Assembly (NCBI GenBank): GCA_964016885.1
Contig: OZ024755.1
Span: 22,754,001 to 22,818,000, forward strand
DNA length: 64,000 nucleotides
Direction: 5' to 3'
Origin: Eledone cirrhosa
Lineage: Eukaryota
Shown: positions 50,901 to 60,475 of the stretch, piece by piece
Position numbering within the stretch: the stretch's first letter is position 1
Layout: each line of letters starts with the position of its first letter
Made by a program: the position numbers and the translations under genes
Notes under the pieces: model-generated
What the model was told of the DNA's origin: nothing
The model's database searches: none
The model's input: only the letters and a program-made list of their open reading frames with translations

Positions 50901-53900
50901 GAAATAAAGCCATTCTAGCAATAGGTTCGCCAGAATTACTGCTCCATAGGGTCAACAAACGATCTCCTGTAAGGCAGAAATCAGTCAAATCTTCCTGGAA
51001 AGAGAAGAATAAAAAGACACTTCACGGTGTTGATACTAAATCATTTGAAACTGCTCATGGTTCTACAATACAAAACTATATATTTATCTAAAAACCTTCC
51101 ATCAGAATTTTGTTTAAAAAACTAAGCTATGATTCAAACACAGCTTACTAATGTGAACATTGCATATATAACTAAATGCCTCCAAATTTTCAAAATGATT
51201 TGAAAATCATAGGTAGTACCTTTCATTAGAAATATGATGATGAAAAGATTCTTATGTAAATATTTATTTTCTATTTACAATTTTAATGTTTCTAGGATAA
51301 CATCTGGGTTGCAATCTTTCTCTTGAACTTCATATCATTCATCTACTAAGGCTGGGCTGTGATATTTCATTGCCAGTTGCACTTCTTTTGTACCTTTACC
51401 CATCCAAATATAAATAGCCCCCACCCCACCATAAAGAACATGGTTTAGTTTTGAGCCTTCTTCTTCAAGAAATATTGCTAATAGTTCTAAGTGTGGCAGT
51501 ACAGCAACATTAAATATAGACAAGGCACATAAAGGCAATTTTTTCTTTCTTCATTAACCCCTTTGATATCAAACAGCCTGAAACCATCCATGGTTCTATG
51601 ATAAAAAGCTGTATATTTTAAAGTATTTAAATCTATCTAAAAATTTTTCTACCATAGTAGTTTTATGTAAGAACCTTTGTTAAGTTATGTTCAAAATACT
51701 ATCTTAATAATATGAAAGTTAGTTATATTACTAAATCCCTTCAAATCCTTGATTAATTTTCAAATTGTTTGAAATTGTAGGCATTGTGTTTCATTAGAAA
51801 TATAACAAAAGAGTTAAGTTAATAGTTGACTGAAAGAAAATATTTGCATGATAAAATTACTAACCGAAGGTCCAAATATAGAACCAATATGATGCAGCTG
51901 GTATCTACCTTCATTGAAGGATGATTCAATGAAACAGAACTGAAAATATATAAATAGATAAATGATGATGGGATTGGCAACAAACAGTCATATTGGTTGA
52001 AAAACACACACACACACACACATATATATATCCTGTCAGTATTTTTCCTTTGTCTTCAATAGAAACTCAAAAATATTCTGTCTTCCTGATTCTTTTACCT
52101 GTCTTCAAAAATATTTTCTCTCCACTCTTTATCCCCAATTCAGCCCCATACCCCGTTTTAAATCACACCCACCCACCCATCACCATAGCCATTTGGACCA
52201 AGCAAAACTCAGCAGTGTAAATATGCTTCACTATAAACCCAATTTCTCCAGCAAAATCTACTTCTGCTACTAACCACTGTTATGGGCCTGATTGTTGTTT
52301 TGTAAGACTACAGAATTAGAGCATTCCTAAAAATGAATATGAATCAACTTCCCATCTCCAGGTGGTCATGCAAACGCTCTATATAGTCAATAACCCTATA
52401 TATAGTATATATAAACATATAGACAATTAACAAAGCAAATGGCAGATGTTACATACCTGGTTGCGATCAGAGAAAGACAGATGAACACAAAAACTTGGGA
52501 AAACATTGTCTCCAGCAATTACCTTTCTAATAGAATGACCAGGAGCTGAAATATAAACAAAAACAACAGATTATATTATTATTATTATTATTATTATTAA
52601 AACTTTTAATAATTTCTCCATTTATAATTCATAGCCAACAACACAATCATCATCAACGTTGAAATTTAAAAGAACAAAAAAATTTCAAGCACAATATTTA
52701 CTTACCTCCAATAGATGGAAGATGTGGAGGGAGTTTATTAGGAGTAAGATCAAGCAGATTGAAAACTATTAAACATTCTTGAGTCTGTAAATAAAATAAA
52801 AATTCATTAGGAAAAATACTTTATTTAGTTTCCCATCTAAATCTGAAATAATATATCTATATAAAAATTAAAGCAAAGTTGACCTTGGCAGGATTTGAAC
52901 TCAGTCCAAACATAACCATCAGAGCTCTGTTGGAGAGGGATACTAGCTTCACTGGACAGGATCGTCTTGCTACGATAACACAAGAGAGAACTAAAACAAA
53001 TACTGCAAGATATTTTATCTGATGTTTTAACATTCCTGTCCAATTTACCACCTAAAATTGTTAGAGCGTTGATGGATGCAGCTCCCAGCAGTGCATGGCT
53101 GCACTGAAGTGGCCGACACCTGTCGCTAACTGATTCAGGGATATCCACTCCCTCCAGAGGAAGTATCTGGGGGGAAGTTAGCACCTTGACGAAGAGCAGA
53201 ATTCGGGTTGACATTCAGCTGGTTGGATTGGGATATCTGTTGCCAGCTAGCTCTCTACATCTGAAGCATGCTGAAATCTAAGTCTCTCAGCTTTGCTGCG
53301 GGGCAAGAGAAAAGACAGTGTGACATTGAGTGTTGTGGGTCCAAGTTTGATGACCTTGTGGTGGGCCCTGGAAACGGATCACTGATCTTGATCAGGCAAA
53401 TGACAACAACCTAAGACAGCAGCAACAAATCAACAGATTAAAACATAGAATCCCAGCTTACCTTTGTTGACCAGCATCTTAGTTTGTGATCTTTACAGAC
53501 ACAGAATATAAAAACTTCATCATCAACAGCATCCATAACCATACTGAGGGTTTTTTCAGCAGTTTCTGTCGTACCCCTAAAATATAGTTAAATATAAATT
53601 AGTCTTTTAATAACAACCACTGTTAGTATATACAGCTGAAATCATTTTGCCATTAGTAACTACTGTAGGTTAATTCTTTTGATAACAAACCGCATTAAAC
53701 TGCCAGTGGTTCTGATACAAAGCTGTTTGATTTAATGTGTTTATATTTTAAAAAAAAAAACTCTCATCATAATTTTATATAAGAACCTTTGATAAATTAT
53801 GTTCCAAATGGTTTCTGATTTAGGCATGGCACAAAGCCAACTATTTTGGGGAGTGAGCAAAGTCAATTACATTGACCCCAGTGTTGCCAGTATTTTATTT

Positions 53901-56900
53901 TATCAACCCTGTCAGGATGAAAGGCAAAGCTAACCTCAGTGGGGTTTGAACTCAGAATGTGAAACCTAAAATAATTTTACTGCAAGTTCAGTAATGAACA
54001 ATAATATTAAAGCATTTTACTTCACACATTGCAAAGTCTTACTCGAATAGCTATTTATCAGAATCCTCATCGCTTTTATGACCATTTTTCCATGCTGGCA
54101 TGGGTTGGACGAGATGTTTTGAGATAATATACTATAGGTGGATGCCTTCCCTGACACCAATCTTTTTAGTTGCCTCTTTCGAGATACAGTGTATCGATTC
54201 TAAAAACTGGGATACACACAGCAATTTTAGTTGATATTTTAGTTATCACACAGCCAGAGGACTGTCTACAAAAGGCTAAGTTTACTCTACATGAGTTCCG
54301 GTTCTATATAAAGCATAAGTGTACCCAACATAAGAATATTGGTTAGATACCATTAAGATACTTGTTTTTGAAGGAAGAATAACCTACAGTCAAGTTATGC
54401 AATAAATACTTTATAGAGTACAGAGTTAGAAAAAAAACTTTACTAATTATTTATTCATAGAAACACACATTAAAATGTTTTTTTCATAAAAATGAGTGAA
54501 AGATAAATTTTTAAGAAAGTTAATATAAAGAATGATGTGCTCTTAAATGGATATGCTATAAAATAGGGTGAAGACTGTTTAATCCTTTAGAATTTACATT
54601 ACTCTATATATACTATTGTATCTTTGTAGTAAAGGCTTTATTTCACATAACATCGAATCTATGAGATTTTGAAGTTACCACTGGACACTATGAGGATTCA
54701 AACCCCATATCTCCCAGATATCAAGTAGGTGTTTTAGACCATTAAGCCAAGAAAGTGTTTAAAATGAAATAAAGTTTCAAAAGCATGGCATTTATCAACA
54801 ATTTGAATTTTATGTCATCATGTAACAGAAACTAAAAAATGTAAAGCAGTCAGCCATACTTTATAATATTCGGAACCAAACCACTCCAAATTCTTTGCAT
54901 CATAGTAGACTGACAGAGTTCAAAGCGAGTCACTTCACCTGAAATAAAAGAATCTTGTATTGATTTGATAAGCTACACAGTTTATTATAATTAGGTTTTT
55001 GCTAAACATTCACCGCAGTTCTTCAAATATAGCTATATTTATAATTTTTACACTACTTCTTGGCTAGTGGACATAAAATGATGATGATTCTTACCAGGTT
55101 CTTCAATGGTAGGCATACAGAAAAGCAAAATTGAACCGAGGCTAGTAGAAAAGGCAAACATAGCTTGTCCATCTGAATCAAGGGAAGTGGCCGCACAATA
55201 TAGCTGTGATGTTAGACTACCACCAGGGTTGACCATGTGAAAATTTCTGCTATCTTGAGCACTTGTAAGGGATGCATCAGCAAATATTGAAAGGGCTTTA
55301 CAATCTTCACCAAAGCGATAGCAAACTGTTTCCTGAAACAAAAGATTCAGCAATCAAAACAAGTTGATAGGTAGAACATAATTACTTTAGTATTTTTCCA
55401 AAGTGGGATCCAAGGAACCCTAACATTCTGTGAAGTAACAAATTCATTAATAGATTGCATAAATTATTGTAAATATAAGTGAAAAATGGGTATATTTAGG
55501 AAGCTGTCTAATGCAAGTGGGTTATAAAATAAACAATGAACAGGAAGACAAGCTTTGATTTCTCAGAAGTTCCCACTCTACAGACATTCCACCTTGATAA
55601 TGGATGGTAAATCCGAAAAATTTGGGGACTGATAAATTACATTCTTTACCTTCCACAATACTTCAAGCAAACTACTACACCTTTCATTGTATAGATTTTT
55701 TTTAAAATGAATGAATTCTCTCTTAAAACAAATTACTGTTTCGTTTAATGACCCACTAAATTTTTAGGTATTCGGGCAAGAATTGTTTGTAAATTATAGA
55801 TATAGGTTCTGGTGCCAATATAAAATGAATCGAGTCCAAATAGCAGCTATCTTTCCTGTTAGCAAACCGAAATACCTTATTTTTTTTTTTTTTTAAATGT
55901 TGATATCTAACTTGATGTCCCCCTCTGCTTTGTGAGCTTAGAGACCACGGAAGAGGGTTTCCATGACCACGTAAGAGGGTATATTCATTAGTAAACGGTA
56001 AAATATATACAACAAATGAGTAAGTGAATTGTGGTAGATGGTTTCCAGTCCAGTCAGACTGCAACTACAAATAAAAAATCGACTTACTTTGACCCCGTTT
56101 CAATTGGACCCTTGAGCTTCATGGAGTCTAGCTAACTCTTTGACGTCAGGATGGATTTTCGTAAGATGTAGCCGGAGATCTCCACGTACAATCACATTGT
56201 AGCTGTTGCGAGCCTTACTATGGAAACAGCACCAAACCCCCTCTTGACTAAGTATGAGCTAGGAAAAGGCAAAGCAAATCTCTTAGCCTCTGCATGTAGG
56301 AGTGGAAATCGACGCTGAATTTCCTCTTGCATCGAAAAAAGGGGTTCACCTAGTCTGGAAAATTTAATTTTGATAATGTCATCTGTCTGAAGTTCAATTA
56401 ATTCTTCCTGAAATTTATCGTCCAAATCGTCGATGTTAGCTATGAAGGGATCTGCTATCCACATTGGGATGTCCATCTGCAAAAGGTCGACAAACCGTTC
56501 TCTCATGTTGTCTTGTAGTGCACGAAGGTGCGCGGTATAAATTTGGAGTTGGGCATCGCTCACAATGTTTTGAACATTGGCAACACTAGGAAAATTATAG
56601 AATTCCCGTCGACAAAGATTCCTTTCGATGACTTTCAATTTGGCCAGGAATATTTTCACAGCATTCCTTGCTTTAAACAAGGTGATCTTCTCCCCCTGCA
56701 AAGCCATAATGAGGCTATTGCATTTGTCGAAGATGTCGGTGAGGTAGGCGCAGTCTTGCCCCACATCGAGGGTTTTTTGTACAGTTCTGTGTTGCGTCCT
56801 CGAAGAAACTCAATGATAGAGTCAAACAGGTCAAAGAAGCGAGTAAGGCACTTGCCCTTTGAAAGCCACCTCACTTCAGTATGAGGAGCAACCTGACGAA

Positions 56901-57276
56901 TTCTTCGTCATTATCTTCACACAGTTGCGGAAAATTCGTTTATTGAGGGCATGGCGTTTGATATAATTGACGACATCAATGGCTACCTGCAAAGACTTGC
57001 TCAGCGGCTCGCTGAGTTTCTTCGCAGCCAAGTGTTGTCGATGAATGATACAATGAACAGCAAATACAGATGGATTTTCGCTCTTCAGAAGAGAAACCCT
57101 TATGTTGGCCGACCATTGCTCTTGCGCCGTCCGTAGCACATGATACAATATTGTTAAGCGGTATCTCTTTTTCTTCGAGGTATCCCTTGACAGATTCAAA
57201 GATGGTGGCACCTTTAATATCTGTGGCTAGATTCAGAGTGAAGAGAAGCTCCTTGTGCATTTCGTTTTAGTGGGGG

Positions 57277-57307
<31 letters not shown>

Positions 57308-60300
57308 CGTATCCCAGTAGTAAGGACTGATTCCCGGAAAGTGTGCTTTCATTAAGTTGCAAAGCAAATTGTGCCGATTTCAAGATGTTGCATAAATTTT
57401 GTTCCAACATTTTCTGCCATTTCGTCTATGCGTCTCCTTATTGAGTCGTTACTCAACGGAATGCATTTCAAGGTCTTTAACGGGTTCTGATGTAGTACTG
57501 TTGAAAGAACTTCTGAGATGACAGAGCTACCAATGTTTCACCCAAGGAATGGGGCTTGCCACACTTTGCGATTATGTTGGCAATATTGTAAGATGCGACC
57601 AGTCCATCAACATTTGAAGCTTCAACTTTTGAAAAGGCAGAAGAAATTAGTGTTGTTTTATGAAATTGGTCCCTAAGAGACTGAAAGTATGCTAAATCTT
57701 GCATCATTGTTGTCAATAAATAATTTAGCAACTTCTTCACAATTAATCTTTTTCAAAACATCTCTATGAACGTGGCATATTAGAATATGATTCAACCTTT
57801 GCTGAGTCATGGTCGATCGCAACCAAATTTTTAGTCTCTGCAGAGCGCTAAAAGATCTTTCAGCTTCACAAGAACTGGTTGGAAACATTAAAAGTAGCCT
57901 GAGCAATCGCTCAACATTTAGAATCATGCGACGGACTTCCGGTTGCATTTCACCGAATATTTTACGATGATCCATTATGATGATTTCTATAAAAAAGTCT
58001 TTCGTTCCTTAAAGAAAATTCATCAAGCTCTGAATAGTGCATGATCACTTCAGCACAAACATTTCCATTGAGTAAAATATTGCTCAGTTTTTCATAATCT
58101 GCTAAATCCTGTGAAAAAAAATAATCTTTCAAATTTGATATTGCAGTATCCACTACCTGCAAATACTGCACTCTGTAATGATCCAAAGCAGTGCAGTGTT
58201 GATATTTTAACGCATTTCCTTCCTGGTATCTTTTAGGAACTTTTCGTTGCCTGGGTAGCTCCATAGGAGAAATATCGAGTTGATAAATCACTTTTTCTGC
58301 TGTATTGAACAGCTCCTGAAATTTTTCTTCACTGCGTAGATTGTTTAGCTCCTCCTGCACCAGTTTGACACTATGCAAAATGCTACCTAGATTGAAGGTG
58401 GTACTTTGAAAAAGATTTGTTCAATCCTTCAAGGACTTGAAGTATTGGAACTACAACGTGCAATCCAAGAACACACTGGCCCGGAGAGTGACACGAAAGA
58501 ATAACATTAGCTCTGGAGGCAATGTTGGTGCCAAACTCATTTGTTGCCTCTTGTAAAGAAATAGGGATATCTGAATAATTGTCAAGAAAGGCTTTGACTG
58601 CAGAAAGTTGTGTTAGCCATCGAGTAGGGCACATAGGTTTTAAGGGGCGATACTTCATTTTCTTCATCATGTTGTGATAAATACGCGAGTTTAAATTTCC
58701 CTGATGTACTATATAGTTTCCGTAATTCATTCACGTAATCTAGAACATTTTTGATAAGTGAAGCTTGTTGTACGGAGTTAGCTATAATAAGTTGAGAAAT
58801 ATGAATGCCGCAGTGCACTTAATGGGCCAAATCAAGTTATGTTAGAATTTTTAAAAAGATATTTTTAAAATATCCGTACAAATTAAATACAAAAAAAGTT
58901 TCAGTCCAAAACAAAAGCAAACTATTTCAAAATATATATTTTTGAAAAATAGACATGAATGTTCTTAAAGACTTGATTTCAGTCGGAAAAGCTTTTTTTT
59001 AAATTCTATATTTCACTGTTAACTGTTGTAATATTTTGATTGGATAAACAATTCTACAATTCAAACTGTAAAGTCAAAATACAAAAGATGTAAAATATGA
59101 AGAATTTCTTACCTTTCTCTGAAATCACAAACTCAGGGGAAAAATAGTACCTTGCAAAATAAAATACTTAGCAACGAATGAATTGAGAAGCTTGGTGACA
59201 GTGAGAAAGTAGTATTTGTATCCCTTATATATCATCATCATCATCAACGTTTCACGTCCGTGTTCCACGCTTGCATGGGTTTGGACGGGGGTTTTCCCAC
59301 TTGAGGCAAGAGTGATTGTCTTGCTCGCATAGGACTGTCTGGCAGGTTTTCTACAGTTGGATGCCCTTCCTAACACCAACCACATTTACAGTGTGGATCT
59401 GGGAGGTTTTTACCGTGTTGCCTACACGGCCACATTACAGCGTGGACTGTGTGTTTTTTTGTTGTGACACCTACACGATCTCATTTGTTTCGGCCTGGAT
59501 GTATATATATATATATATATATACATAGATAGATACACAGACACGCACAAACTTGTGTGTGTGTGTGCCTTGGTTTGGGTACACAAAGAATTTTGTCTAC
59601 AGTTTTTTATTGCCAGGTCAAAGGCCACTGCTCTTTTCAACAACGCCACACACACACATATATATATATATATAAATGAAGAGAGAAAGAGGGAGGGACA
59701 GAGAGAGTAAGAAATGTGTGTGTATGTGTGTTTGGTACACATCTATCTATCTATCTCCAACAGGGGGCTCAAACATGCGACCCGCGAACTACTTTTCTGT
59801 GGCCTGTGGTAGAACCAATATTTCATATTGCATTATAAGGCAGTGGGCTGGTGGAATTGTTAGCACATCTGGTGAAATGCTTAACGGTACTTCTTCTGAG
59901 TTCAAATTCCGCCGATCTCAACTTTACCTTTCATCCTTTTGGGGTCGATGAATTAAGTACCAGTTGTGTACTAGGATCGATGCAATCGACTGAACCCAAA
60001 ACCCCAAATTTCATGCCTTGTTCCTATAGTAGAAATGACTATAACTGGTGAAACCCTTCACCCACCACCACGTTTGGCCCACTCTGCCTCTCCTCCAGGA
60101 CGTAATGTCCCTTTTGTGTCCTTGAGTTTGAGACCCCTCTTCTACACATACACATTTTACTTTTTTTCTGTCTCTGGACTACGCCCATGCTGGAGCATCA
60201 CCTTGGTAAGTTATGGGGACGTCAACAAAACCAACAAGCATTGGTGGGAGGGCAAACACACACACACAGACATATATACGATGGGCTTCTTTTAGTTTCG

Positions 60301-60395
60301 GTCTATCAAATTCACTCACAGGGCTTTGGTCGGCCCGGGCAGTGGGACTGAACCCGGAAATATGTGGTTGGGAAGCAAGCTTCTTGTCACACTGC

Positions 60396-60475
<80 letters not shown>

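Noticed and set aside
53060-53420. GC-richer intronic block with a 125-aa ORF nearby
   Set aside because: Probably a decayed retroelement fragment, but I could not support an assignment; no fitting splice sites.
56192-58820. Domesticated ZBED/ZMYM host gene
   Set aside because: Multiple frameshifts and truncations indicate transposon fossils.
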